The notes beneath the pieces are model-generated. The model saw only the letters and a list, made by a program, of their open reading frames with translations, did not search any database and was not told where the DNA came from. From an uncultured cyanobacterium (GTDB lineage Bacteria > Cyanobacteriota > Cyanobacteriia > Cyanobacteriales > CAWUOF01), in contig CAVUSO010000001.1 of assembly GCA_963744145.1 (NCBI GenBank), forward strand, positions 128,001-192,000: a stretch of DNA of 64,000 nt. Reading direction: 5' to 3'. The first letter of the stretch is position 1. Each line of letters opens with the position of its first letter. This document shows, piece after piece, positions 41,424 to 52,432 of this stretch. Position numbers and translations under genes: made by a program.

Positions 41424-44400
41424 ATGGGTCTTGACGTTCCTTTAGCAATAGGTTCCTCACCAATGTTTTCTGAGAAAAACAGCGATTTGGATCAACATCA
41501 GTTACAAGAAATATTAATCGCAACCCAAATAGAATTAGAGCGATATTTACTTTTATATAACAACCATCCATCTATCTATTTTACCCTGGATATTTCCGGG
41601 TTAATTCTCTCAATTAATCAATTTGGCGCTAACAGTCTTTTGTACTCCCCATCAGAATTGATTGGTCAGTCAATTTTCAGTTTAGTTTATCCAGAAGACA
41701 CAGATAGACTACTAGCAGAATATCGGTTATTTTTGCAAGAGTCAACCACAGCGATAAATTGGGAATTTAGGCTAGTTTGTAAAGATGGTTATGTCCTATC
41801 AGTCCGGGCAAATTTACATTTAACCAAATTCCTGTCATCCAGATCGAAGTGTGAAAAAACGTTTATTGCTCAACCAGAAAACAGTTATAACTTAGAGCAA
41901 AAATCCCAACTATTCTCTGATAATTTATCTTCCTATACTATCCATAATAGTCTTTTAGCTAGTACCGAATTAGTGGTTCTAGTGGTTTGCGAAGATATCA
42001 CTGATTTCAAAATCGTCGGTGCTGCTTTACAAGAAAATGCCCAAAGATTTCGCGTTACTTTTGAACAAGCAGGAGTAGGGATTGCTCATGTAGCTTTAGA
42101 TGGAAAATGGTTACGAGTCAATCAAAAATTGTGCGAAATATTAGGATATACTCGTCGGGAAATATTGCAACTAGATTTTCAAAACATTATCTATCCAGAA
42201 GAGCGCGAGCTTGAACTAAAATTTTTAGCCCCGATCATTACTGGTAAGCTCCAAACATTTTCATGTCAGAAACAGTATATCCGTCAAAGTGGTGACCAAG
42301 TATGGATTAATATTACCATCTCCCTAGTCCGGGATTTACAAGGAATCCCCCAGTATTTTATTAGTGTAATTGAAGACATTACTGATCCTAAGAAAATCGA
42401 AGCAGAATTACAAGAAAATGTCAAAGCATGGCAAACTTTTCTAGAAACTGTAGGAGAAGGAGTTACCCTTAGTAATTCCGTCGGACAATTTGAAGTTTTT
42501 AACTCAAAAATGGAAGAAATTACTGGTTATTCTAAAGAAGAAGCCAATAGTTCTAGGGATTTTTTATCACTTTTATATCCCCATCCTGAAGCACATCAAA
42601 AAGCACTAGCGGGTGTTCAAGAAATTAGTCAAACAGGAGGAGTTCGCGATGTGGAAACTACGATTCGGGCTAAAGATGGTACTAAAAAAACCTTGTTAGT
42701 GTCTACATCAATTGTCTCTTATAAAAATCGCAATTTATTTTTAAGTGCTTATCGAGATATTACTGAACGTAAGCAAGCAGAACAAGCACTTTATCTGGCT
42801 GAAGCTAAATATCGTAGTATTTTTGAAAATGCGATCGAAGGAATTTTTCAGACAACTATAGATGGATGCTATCTCAGTGCTAATCCTGCATTAGCCAGAA
42901 TATATGGTTATAGTTCTCCAGCAGAATTGCTGGTAGAAATTAAAGACATTGGGCAGCAAATATATGTGATACCTGAACGCAGAAAAGAATTAATTAGATT
43001 ACTAGAAAAAGAGCATAAAATTGCCGAATTTGAGTTTCAAGCTTATCGAAAAGATCGCCGAATAATTTGGATTTCTAAAAATGCTCGGGCTATCCGTAAT
43101 AGTAGGGGTGATCTGATCTATTATGAAGGCACAGTTGAGGATATTACCCACCGTAAACAAGCACAGGAAGCCTTTCGACAGCAAGCGGAACGAGAACGTT
43201 TAATTAGCATGATTCAAGTGCGAATTCGTCAATCTCTTAACCTCCAGGAAATTATTAGTATTACGGTCAAAGAAGTTCGGCAATTTCTGCAAACAGATCG
43301 GGTGTTAATTTATGGCTTTCAAGTCGATGGTAAGGGTAGTGTAATTGTTGAGTCTCGTCAAAATAATTGTCCAGAAATTCAGGGAACACTGATTTATGAT
43401 CCTTGTTTTTCAGAAAAATATACCACGCTGTATCAAGAAGGAAGAGTTTTTGCAACTGAAGATATTCATAATTCTGGCTTAAATCCCTGTCATATTGAGT
43501 TACTGTCTCAGTTTCAGGTAAAAGCAAGTTTAGTAGTACCAATTTTGACTAATAAGACTGAGGAAAAAAACTGGTGGAGCGATAAAAGAAAAAAAATTGA
43601 TGCTCCCAACTACTCAGAAATACTTGCTCCCCGTTTGTGGGGATTATTGATTGCTCATCACTGTGTCAGTACACGTTACTGGCAACCCTATGAAATTGAT
43701 TTGCTGAAGCAATTAGCTACTCAGGTTGGTGTGGCTATTTACCAATCAGAACTTTATGACAAATTGCACAGTGCTAATGCGGCTTTAGATCGACAAGTGC
43801 AAGAACGCACGATGCAATTGCAACAGGCTCTTGATTTTGAAGCAATGTTGAAACGGATTACAGATAAAGTCCGTGATAGTTTAGATGAAAGCCAAATTTT
43901 ACAAACAGCCGTGAAAGAATTGGCTTGTGTGTTAGGAGTTAATTGTTGCGATACGGCTTTATATAATGCAGATCAAACTACTGCAACTATTTCTTATGAA
44001 TGTACAACTGGTAAGCCTAGGTTTAAGGGAAAAGTAGTCCAAATGACAGATTTCTATCAAGTTTATGAGCAGTTGCGACAAGGATGGTATTTCCAATTCT
44101 GTGAAATTAGTGGTAGAATCGCTCAGGGAACGATTTTGGCTTGTCCGATTTTAGATAATCAAGGTGTATTGGGAGATTTGTGGTTGTTCAGTCATCCTGA
44201 TTATACTTTTAAGGAACTAGAAATTCGGTTAGTCCAGCAGGTAGCTAATCAGTGCGCGATCGCGATTCGTCAAGCTTGGTTATTTCAAGCTGCTCAAACT
44301 CAAGTTCAGGAATTAGAAAAAATTAACCGACTCAAAGATGAATTTCTCAGCACGGTCTCCCATGAATTGCGGACACCTTTATCGAATATGAGAATGGCTA

Positions 44401-45074
44401 TTCAAATGCTAGCGATCGCTCTCAATCAACAGCAGGAATTTTTTGGAGAATTAGCGAAACCAAAACTAGAACGGAGTAAGGTCGCTCTTTATTTTCAGAT
44501 TTTACAAGAAGAATGTGAACGAGAAATTAGCTTGATTGGGGATTTACTAGATTTACAAAAACTTGATGCTACGGCTGAACCTTTGAGTTTGGAAACTATA
44601 TCTTTACCAGAATTTCTCTCGAAAATTGTGGCAGCTTTTCAAGACCGAGCTAGTCAACACAAACAACTTTTGACTATGGACATTAGTGAGGATCTACCAC
44701 CTTTATTGTCTAATTCCTCTAGTTTGGGAAGAATTGTAAGTGAGTTGCTGAATAATGCTTGTAAGTATACTCCCGCTCGGGAAAAAATTACTCTTAGCGT
44801 TAATTATCAAGCCGCAGAGATAATTTTAACTGTCACTAATTCAGGAGTGGAGATTCCCCCTGACCAGATCCCCCGGATCTTTGATAAGTTTTATCGGATT
44901 CCCCGTACTGACCCCTGGGAACAAGGAGGAACGGGACTAGGATTAACTTTGGTGCAGAAATTGGTTACTTATCTAGGGGGTGCGATCGCTGTTTCTAGTT
45001 CTCAAGGGATCACCTCTTTTCAAGTTACTTTACCTTTAACTATCGCTAGTCCCACTTTTAAGCTGGGTGATTAA
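41424..45074 (+). CDS. PAS(x4)-GAF(cyanobacteriochrome)-GAF histidine kinase
   Basis: DPCF and CH motifs in the first [11 protein letters not shown] and GGTGLGL. Confidence 0.9.
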   Translation: MGLDVPLAIGSSPMFSEKNSDLDQHQLQEILIATQIELERYLLLYNNHPSIYFTLDISGLILSINQFGANSLLYSPSELIGQSIFSLVYPEDTDRLLAEYRLFLQESTTAINWEFRLVCKDGYVLSVRANLHLTKFLSSRSKCEKTFIAQPENSYNLEQKSQLFSDNLSSYTIHNSLLASTELVVLVVCEDITDFKIVGAALQENAQRFRVTFEQAGVGIAHVALDGKWLRVNQKLCEILGYTRREILQLDFQNIIYPEERELELKFLAPIITGKLQTFSCQKQYIRQSGDQVWINITISLVRDLQGIPQYFISVIEDITDPKKIEAELQENVKAWQTFLETVGEGVTLSNSVGQFEVFNSKMEEITGYSKEEANSSRDFLSLLYPHPEAHQKALAGVQEISQTGGVRDVETTIRAKDGTKKTLLVSTSIVSYKNRNLFLSAYRDITERKQAEQALYLAEAKYRSIFENAIEGIFQTTIDGCYLSANPALARIYGYSSPAELLVEIKDIGQQIYVIPERRKELIRLLEKEHKIAEFEFQAYRKDRRIIWISKNARAIRNSRGDLIYYEGTVEDITHRKQAQEAFRQQAERERLISMIQVRIRQSLNLQEIISITVKEVRQFLQTDRVLIYGFQVDGKGSVIVESRQNNCPEIQGTLIYDPCFSEKYTTLYQEGRVFATEDIHNSGLNPCHIELLSQFQVKASLVVPILTNKTEEKNWWSDKRKKIDAPNYSEILAPRLWGLLIAHHCVSTRYWQPYEIDLLKQLATQVGVAIYQSELYDKLHSANAALDRQVQERTMQLQQALDFEAMLKRITDKVRDSLDESQILQTAVKELACVLGVNCCDTALYNADQTTATISYECTTGKPRFKGKVVQMTDFYQVYEQLRQGWYFQFCEISGRIAQGTILACPILDNQGVLGDLWLFSHPDYTFKELEIRLVQQVANQCAIAIRQAWLFQAAQTQVQELEKINRLKDEFLSTVSHELRTPLSNMRMAIQMLAIALNQQQEFFGELAKPKLERSKVALYFQILQEECEREISLIGDLLDLQKLDATAEPLSLETISLPEFLSKIVAAFQDRASQHKQLLTMDISEDLPPLLSNSSSLGRIVSELLNNACKYTPAREKITLSVNYQAAEIILTVTNSGVEIPPDQIPRIFDKFYRIPRTDPWEQGGTGLGLTLVQKLVTYLGGAIAVSSSQGITSFQVTLPLTIASPTFKLGD

Positions 45075-45339
45075 AATATTTTGGGTTCCTCAGTCCACAA
45101 ATTTTAATTTTTTGGTGGCGATCGCGAAAAAATTGTATTAATAAAAACAAAATTTCCTCAGCTATTAACCATCATCTGTACGACATGGTTAATTTTAATT
45201 TTTATTTAACAAAGTTTTTTGGTAATAAAAGGAATTAAATCGATATGATTTAAGCAAATCAACCAAAAATTTTCTGAGTTAATCAGGAGAAAATTTTGTT
45301 GGATACCTGAGATCACCATATTACCTGAGGATTGCTCTT

Positions 45340-46056
45340 ATGTTTGCTTTAAATCAATCCTACTTTGACTTATCGATTTTACCATCATCGAGGAGTGCAA
45401 ATACTGAGAGCCTTTGTTTAGAATCAACTTTAGCAGCACTTAAATTATATGATTTTCAGATTGAATCATCTGAACTAGGGATAGAAGTAGCGAAAGCTTT
45501 TGAAAGAGATGCTCTCCTCCCAGGGGTAATTTTAACCAAAAATAGTCAATTTATTGGGATGATTTCCCGACGCAGGTTTTTAGAATATTTGCTACGTCCC
45601 TACGGAATGGAATTATTCTTAAAGCGACCGATTAAAACTTTACATCGTCTAGCTCAGATCGAAAATTTAATTTTACCCGTCCATACTTTAATTGTTTTAG
45701 CTGCTAAACAATCTTTGCTGAGACAACCAGCTTTAAGTGATGAACCACTTGTCATAGAAATCGAGCCATCCGTATATAGATTATTAGATGCACATCAATT
45801 ATTAGTAGCTAGCACCCAAATTCACCATTTGACCAGACAGCTCTTGGATGAGTTAGAAAAGTTAAATCGTCTGAAAGATGACTTTCTCAGTGCTGTATCT
45901 CACGAATTGCGGACACCTTTGGGACAACAAGAAGGAACGGGATTAGGATTAACACTGGTCCAGCAATTGGTAACTGATTTAGGAGCTGTCATCACTGTTC
46001 AAAGTAGTGATAACCAAACCTGCTTTACGCTCACATTTCCTTTAACCAGTAACTAA
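45340..46056 (+). CDS. CBS-like domain fused to an internally deleted kinase (H-box joined directly to G2 box)
   Basis: [20 protein letters not shown]1 and F boxes missing. Confidence 0.75.
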   Translation: MFALNQSYFDLSILPSSRSANTESLCLESTLAALKLYDFQIESSELGIEVAKAFERDALLPGVILTKNSQFIGMISRRRFLEYLLRPYGMELFLKRPIKTLHRLAQIENLILPVHTLIVLAAKQSLLRQPALSDEPLVIEIEPSVYRLLDAHQLLVASTQIHHLTRQLLDELEKLNRLKDDFLSAVSHELRTPLGQQEGTGLGLTLVQQLVTDLGAVITVQSSDNQTCFTLTFPLTSN

Positions 46057-46462
46057 AGTTTCCTGATTCTCTTTTAAACGAGAAACTGACGATTGCCAAA
46101 CTTGCTGCTGGTCGGTTGCTTTTCTGACAACTGACCACAGGGTGGTGATTACACTCAATGATTTTTAGCTACTTTTGAGTGCTATTGCTAGCTGATGAAA
46201 TTAATAGGATTTCTGGATAATATATTAGTTGAGATATTACTTTTCTAAACTTAATAAAAAAAAACAGTATTGATAGTATTAGCTAAAGACTATCAATTAA
46301 TTAATCATAGGTTAATCCTTAGTTAATAAAAAATTAATCAAAGGTAAAATGCGAATAGATATCATGATCTATGCCTTTGGTTTGTTTGGATGTATAATAG
46401 GTGGATAGATATGATGATTATTTCCCTATTGTGCTTTACCAAAATAACCTGGGGTTCTGTTT

Positions 46463-47836
46463 ATGTTTGCTTTATGTGAAAATTATGCGGATTTATCAAT
46501 TATACCAGTTCGGGAGGATCATGTGCAAAACCTCTGTTTAGAATCAACATTAATCGAATTGACTCTTTATGAATTCCAACTTGAATCCTCTGTTTTAGCG
46601 GTAGAAGCAGCAAAAGCTTTTGAAGTCAATCCGATGTTACCAGGAGTTATTCTCACAGAGCAAGAGGAGTTTCTTGGGGCAATTTCACGGCGCAGATTTT
46701 TGGAATATTTAAGCCGTCCATACGGATTAGAATTATTTTTAAAGCGCCCGATTAGTTCTTTATATCGCTTTGCTCGAAGAGAAACTTTAATTTTACCAGC
46801 TCATACTTTGATTGTTTTAGCAGCTCGTCAATCTTTAAATCGAGAGCCAGCTTTGCTCAATGAACCAGTAATTGTCGAAGTGGAAGAAAAAATATACAAA
46901 TTATTAGATGTACATCAACTCTTAGTTGCAGGTGCTCAAATTCAACACTTAACATCACAGTTACTCAAGAAACAAACTCAAGCTCAAATGATGCAAACGG
47001 AAAAGATGGCTAGTTTGGGAAAAATGGTAGCTGGAGTCGCTCACGAAATTAGAAATCCAGTCAATAGTCTGGGGGGAAATATCGGATTTTTATCTAATTA
47101 TTTTGAAGATATTATGCAGTTATTATCTGTTTATGAAACAGAATCTGTAGAGAATTCACCCCGGATTGTTGAGGTGAAAGAGGAAATTGAATTTGATTTT
47201 TTAAAGCGAGATTTAAAACAAGTTATTCAGACGATGCGGATTGCTGCTGATCGTTTGATTAAAATTGTGGCTGGGTTACGAAATTTTTCCCACATGGATG
47301 AGACTAATCGACGACCAGCAGATATTCACGAATGTATTGACAGCACGTTATTAATTTTACATAATTCTCTGAAAGATAAAATAGAAGTAATTAAAGACTA
47401 TACTGAGTTACCGCCAGTGAGTTGTTATTCTGGACAGTTAAGTCAAGTATTTATGAATTTAATTAGTAATTCTATTGATGCTCTCATGGATGCGATCGAA
47501 GCCCAGAAAAATACTACCACAGGGAAAAATTGGCAAGCAAAAATCGAAATTACCACCAAAGTGATCGAAAGCGAAGAGCAGAAATGGGCATCGATTAAAA
47601 TTGCTGATAATGGTCCAGGAATTCCCTCCGAAATTCAAGGAAAAATTTTTGAAATGTTCTTTACTACTAAAGGAGTGGGCAAAGGAACTGGGATCGGATT
47701 GGCCATTAGTTATCAAATTATCACTGAAAAGCATGGTGGAAAGCTAAATTTGCGATCGCCCTGTGTAGATTCAACCTCTACCGATCTAGACAAAGGCACC
47801 GAATTTGAAATACTCTTACCATTAGATCCTGGTTAA
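46463..47836 (+). CDS. Histidine kinase with CBS-like N-terminal domain
   Basis: AHEIRNP, QVFMNLISN, DNGPG and FFTTKGVGKGTGIGL. Confidence 0.9.
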   Translation: MFALCENYADLSIIPVREDHVQNLCLESTLIELTLYEFQLESSVLAVEAAKAFEVNPMLPGVILTEQEEFLGAISRRRFLEYLSRPYGLELFLKRPISSLYRFARRETLILPAHTLIVLAARQSLNREPALLNEPVIVEVEEKIYKLLDVHQLLVAGAQIQHLTSQLLKKQTQAQMMQTEKMASLGKMVAGVAHEIRNPVNSLGGNIGFLSNYFEDIMQLLSVYETESVENSPRIVEVKEEIEFDFLKRDLKQVIQTMRIAADRLIKIVAGLRNFSHMDETNRRPADIHECIDSTLLILHNSLKDKIEVIKDYTELPPVSCYSGQLSQVFMNLISNSIDALMDAIEAQKNTTTGKNWQAKIEITTKVIESEEQKWASIKIADNGPGIPSEIQGKIFEMFFTTKGVGKGTGIGLAISYQIITEKHGGKLNLRSPCVDSTSTDLDKGTEFEILLPLDPG

Positions 47837-47838
47837 GT

Positions 47839-49245
47839 ATGTATTTGAGGTATTCTGTGCTACAAAACAGATTTATTTCTGAATTACCTCCCCCATCTCT
47901 GTCTCAATCCACCAATGGTGATATTTGTCTCGAGTCAACCTTACAAGAGTTACCTCTATACGATTTTGCGGTTGAACCTAGTGTAATTGGTCTGAATATT
48001 GCCCAAATATTTGAAAAATATCCTCTGGTTCCAGGTGTAATTATCATCGAAACGGGAAAATTTATTGGTGTAATTTCCCGACGCAGTTTATTAGAATACT
48101 TGATTCGTCCCCATGGATTAGAAATATTTTTAAATGAACCAATCTCGGTACTCTATAGTTATGCTCGGACGGAAATGCTGGTACTTCCAGCAACTACCTT
48201 AATTACTACAGCCGCACAGCAAGCACTGAGACGATCACCGGAACTGTTAGGAGAACCAATTGTAGTACAACTAGAAGGACAGATCTATCGATTGCTCGAT
48301 ATGCACCAATTAAATATTGCCTATTGGCAAATTCGCGGGATTGAAACTCAAGTTCGTTATGAACGGACTCAAGCTCAAATGATTCAAAGTGAGAAAATGG
48401 CTAGTTTGGGTCGTTTAGTTGATGGAGTCGCTCACGAAATTCTCGATCCAGTCGGATTTATTTGGGGAAATTTAATTTATGTAGAAAATTATAGCCATGA
48501 ATTAACTCAGCTCCTCAGTGTTTATCAACAATATTTACCTCAACCTCCCAGAGAAATTGCCCAAATTATGGAGGAAATAGAGTTAGATTTTGTTCAGCAA
48601 GATTTACCAAGAGCGATCGCGAGTATTCGAGCGGGAGCTGACCGATTAAAAAAGTTAGTTACTAGTCTCCAAAATTTCTGCCATATTGATGCAGTTTACC
48701 CCAAACCAGCCGATTTACACGCCTTAATTGATAGTATTTTATTACTACTGAAAAGTCGGATCTCTGGGGAAATAGAAATTATTAAAAATTATGGCAATTT
48801 ACCACCTGTACCCTGCTATGCAGGTCAGCTTAACCAAGTTTTTATGAATATTATTACTAATGCGGTTGATGCTTTAATTAATGAAGCGGTAACGCAAGAA
48901 TTTAGAAAAGAATTTAGCCGGAATGAGAATAGAGAAAGCGATCGTTCACAGTCTCGCAAATTACAAATAGAAATTACCACCCAAGTTTTGCCTCAAGAAG
49001 CTGCTAATTTAGGTCTAGGTAACTCCCGTTGGGTTTCCATTCAGATTGCTGATAATGGTCCGGGAATGTCAGAAGCTAAACAACAGCAACTTTCAGAAGC
49101 TTTTTCCATTGAAAAACGTGCTTTTAAAGAAACCAGTTTAGGAGTTAGTTATTGGATTGTCACAGCTCGACATGAAGGAAGTTTTAAATGGCGATCGCAA
49201 CCAGGAGTGGGAACACAATTTGAAATTTTACTACCTTTAGTTTAG
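47839..49245 (+). CDS. Histidine-kinase-like protein with CBS-like domain and degenerate G2 box
   Basis: AHEILDP and DNGPG present; KETSLGVS replaces GTGLGL. Confidence 0.85.
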   Translation: MYLRYSVLQNRFISELPPPSLSQSTNGDICLESTLQELPLYDFAVEPSVIGLNIAQIFEKYPLVPGVIIIETGKFIGVISRRSLLEYLIRPHGLEIFLNEPISVLYSYARTEMLVLPATTLITTAAQQALRRSPELLGEPIVVQLEGQIYRLLDMHQLNIAYWQIRGIETQVRYERTQAQMIQSEKMASLGRLVDGVAHEILDPVGFIWGNLIYVENYSHELTQLLSVYQQYLPQPPREIAQIMEEIELDFVQQDLPRAIASIRAGADRLKKLVTSLQNFCHIDAVYPKPADLHALIDSILLLLKSRISGEIEIIKNYGNLPPVPCYAGQLNQVFMNIITNAVDALINEAVTQEFRKEFSRNENRESDRSQSRKLQIEITTQVLPQEAANLGLGNSRWVSIQIADNGPGMSEAKQQQLSEAFSIEKRAFKETSLGVSYWIVTARHEGSFKWRSQPGVGTQFEILLPLV

Positions 49246-49529
49246 CTAATTCTCCTAAGATCCACCGCTACTTTGTTTTGGATGAACAACTGTCGGGTAT
49301 TTCGCTGTACGGGCGTATTGCAATACGCCCCTTCGTTGTTACTCCTATTCTCACACAACTATTTCGATAATTAAGGTAATTATCGAAATCATCAGAAAAT
49401 ATTTTCAGGTGGTTAAAACCACTTGGGTCGTTTCCCTCTCAGGTTCTAAGTGAGCGTAGTCGAACGGTCTAAAGAACCCTAGCTTCGACTTACTAGGTTT
49501 TTTTATGATTATTGATCGATTGACTGAGA

Positions 49530-50114
49530 CTAACCTAGCGCTAATAAACCAGGTGGAGGATTGATTTCCAACCGTCGATTTGGTAAATCTACAATTGGTA
49601 CTATTTCCTTGACAAAAGGGATTAAAAGATCGCTGGTTTTTTTCTTTGATTTCTTGCTATTCTCTTCAGTTGCTTCTGGTGCATTGATTTTTTTGACAAC
49701 TAGCAAATCATTACCAGCAGAAATAATTTCGGTAACTATCCCCAAATCAGCTCCACTTAGCTGATCAAAAACTGCTAAACCAATTAAATCTTCAAGATGA
49801 AATTCATCTTCCTCTAATCCAATCCGAGCAGTTTTAGGAACCAATAGGATACTGTTGCGTAATGCTTCTGCTTGTTCTCTGATCTCTATCCCAGCTAGTT
49901 CAACCACATAAATCCCCTTTCCTTGAATATAACGACCATCAAGCAACTCAATCGGTTCGGGTTGAGTTTCTCCTGGTCGTAATAACCAACGTTGACCTGG
50001 TTCGATAAATCGTTCGGGAAAATCCGAACTAGGATAAACACGTACTAACCCGTCTAACCCTTGAGGTGCAACAATTGTACCTATTTCCAGCCATTTGTCA
50101 TCATCAAGAGTCAT
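49530..50114 (-). CDS. rimM: 16S rRNA processing protein RimM
   Basis: [23 protein letters not shown] and [10 protein letters not shown]. Confidence 0.95.
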   Translation of the reverse strand: MTLDDDKWLEIGTIVAPQGLDGLVRVYPSSDFPERFIEPGQRWLLRPGETQPEPIELLDGRYIQGKGIYVVELAGIEIREQAEALRNSILLVPKTARIGLEEDEFHLEDLIGLAVFDQLSGADLGIVTEIISAGNDLLVVKKINAPEATEENSKKSKKKTSDLLIPFVKEIVPIVDLPNRRLEINPPPGLLALG

Positions 50115-50123
50115 AACTAACCA

Positions 50124-51398
50124 TTATTTCTTTAATTGATACACTTGTTCGGCAACTTTGGCTAAACGCTGTGTCCCGATCGCGATTTCTTCATCACTAG
50201 CAGTTAAACTAATTCTCAGACATTGCTGTGCGTGTTCCCATTCATCTGGTAATCCGGGAAAGAACGAACTACCAGGAACCACAATCACCCCAATTTCTTT
50301 GAGTTGCTGATAAAACTCCCGGTCAGTAATCGGTAAATCTTTTAACCATAACCAAGCAAAAATTGCTCCTTCAGCCCGATGGAGGAACCAAGGCAAATTT
50401 TTGGGCATACATTGATCAAGTGTGCTTTCCAGTACAGCAAATTTCTTTTGGTAAAAAGGACGAATCACATCCAGGGAAATTTGTCCTAGCTGACCCGAAC
50501 TAATTGCTTGAGCTGTGATCGCTTGTCCGTAACGCGAGGAGTGAATACACATATTCGTCTGGAAAGCTTCTAGCACTTGGATTACATTCGGATCACCGAT
50601 CGCAATTCCAATTCGTTCTCCTGGTAAACCAGCCTTAGATAAACTCATGCAATGAACTATATTACCACCAAAAATTGGCGTCATCTCGGTAAAATTCAGG
50701 GCAGGAAAAGGAGGTGCATAAGCTGAATCAATTAATACCGGAATATCATAAGGCTCGGCTAAATGGGCAATTTTTTTCACCTCATCATCAGTTAAAACAT
50801 TACCAGTCGGGTTACAGGGACGGGAGAAAATGATCACCCCTACATCTGAGGTAATTGACAACTGACTAAAATCTGGATGATATTTAAACCGATGATTAGC
50901 TGGATCTACATCTATGTCTGGTTTATAGGAAATTAAAGCGGGTGGACACAAACTAACATTTTTATAGCCAGTATAGTCCGGAGAAAGGGGCAAAACTATT
51001 TGTTTTAATTGTCCTGAAGTGGTATAACCACCAAACACATTAGCTGCATAAAAATAGATAATTTGACTACCGGGAGTAATCAGAATATGGCGATCGGTTA
51101 AATCTAGACCATAACGTTGGTTAAAATCCTCTACCAACGCATCGATCAAAGGTTGATAACCTTGGGAAGACCCGTAACGACAAACTACCTCACCATATTC
51201 AGAACTAGCCAGTAATTTTTCTGTACAATCGCGCCATAGCTGTTCAACTTCTGGCAAAATTAGTGGATTACCAGCACTCAGATTTATAAAATTACGTCCC
51301 CAACCAGCTTTTAACGTTTCCCGAATATCTTTCATGATTGCCCGCACCCCGGTCAGGTGGGACATTTGTGAGCCAAATTGAGTAAGGGCAGGGTTCAT
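50124..51398 (-). CDS. avtA: Valine--pyruvate aminotransferase
   Basis: GVRAIMKDI, SRPCNPTGN, DSAY and SLSKAGLPGERIG. Confidence 0.92.
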   Translation of the reverse strand: MNPALTQFGSQMSHLTGVRAIMKDIRETLKAGWGRNFINLSAGNPLILPEVEQLWRDCTEKLLASSEYGEVVCRYGSSQGYQPLIDALVEDFNQRYGLDLTDRHILITPGSQIIYFYAANVFGGYTTSGQLKQIVLPLSPDYTGYKNVSLCPPALISYKPDIDVDPANHRFKYHPDFSQLSITSDVGVIIFSRPCNPTGNVLTDDEVKKIAHLAEPYDIPVLIDSAYAPPFPALNFTEMTPIFGGNIVHCMSLSKAGLPGERIGIAIGDPNVIQVLEAFQTNMCIHSSRYGQAITAQAISSGQLGQISLDVIRPFYQKKFAVLESTLDQCMPKNLPWFLHRAEGAIFAWLWLKDLPITDREFYQQLKEIGVIVVPGSSFFPGLPDEWEHAQQCLRISLTASDEEIAIGTQRLAKVAEQVYQLKK

Positions 51399-51642
51399 AG
51401 GCTTAGTGAGCAAATCTGATTAGAATTATACTTAATCTCAATCTAACCTGATAATAACATTGAAAAACACCTGACCTAAATTTTTCTGGTAAACTCGAAT
51501 CAGTACCGGGATTATTGACAATTGGATAACTTTAGTGGTATTTTGGGGATGGGAGTCTGAGTAATTAAGATTAATACCTATCTTACCATTGCCACCTTTG
51601 CCCATAAGATCCTCCTTCAGGGTCAGCCGAGGGGGCTAATTT

Positions 51643-51768
51643 GGTCGAGTACATCGAGATGCTCATCCCGGTAATATTATCATTCCAGATCAAAAGCGAG
51701 CAGTTTTAATTGATTTTGGCATTGCGGGGGAGATTATTACCACAGTAATGAGTTCTATGCACCCAGCC
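51643..51768 (+). pseudogene. Ser/Thr kinase fragment
   Basis: VHRDAHPGNIII...VLIDFGIAGE with no start codon. Confidence 0.7.
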
Positions 51769-52252
51769 ATATATTCCATCAGTACGAATTTTAAAGATAA
51801 ATTGTTGCGCTCGAAAATCTAGGATTGATGAGCGGGCGATCGCTGGGGATAAATCCAATATTCCTGTTATGGTTAATCTGTTTGATTCATAATTGACTGA
51901 GGGCAAAGCATTCCGGTCATAGTTTTCTCGATTTATACCATGACTGATCTGCCGGAATGCTTTGCCCCTACAAATCCGGACAAAACTTGCCCTGAGCTTG
52001 TCGAAGGGTTCTGTTCACGTTTCCTTTAGATTCGCTATAGATAAATTATCATCCAATCCGGTTCGATTAATCGTAGGGGCGAAGCATTCGGGCGATCATT
52101 TATCACTTACAGCCGATAATATTATATCCGAATGCTTCGCCCTTCTTCGCCGAGATCTCCCAAAACAATCTTAACTGAACCCTATTGAGCTATCCTGTAC
52201 TGATGAATTAGCGATCGCGATTTCATCTCTTTTGTTAATCAGATTGCGATCG

Positions 52253-52432
52253 CTACCTACCTAGCGATAAATTTAACTGTTCACATCCTTGACAATTTCC
52301 GAATTGTTTGCTAGAAAACAAAATTATTCCTAAATTCTTAGCTTTTTTAAATGCTAAATCTAGCATAGATAAATTAATCAATATACTACTAACTAAAATG
52401 TTTGTATCAATCACAACTCGTAATTTATTCAT
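52253..52432 (-). pseudogene. Truncated PIN-family toxin
   Basis: MNKLRVVIDTNILVS...ILFS, then unrelated sequence. Confidence 0.75.
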
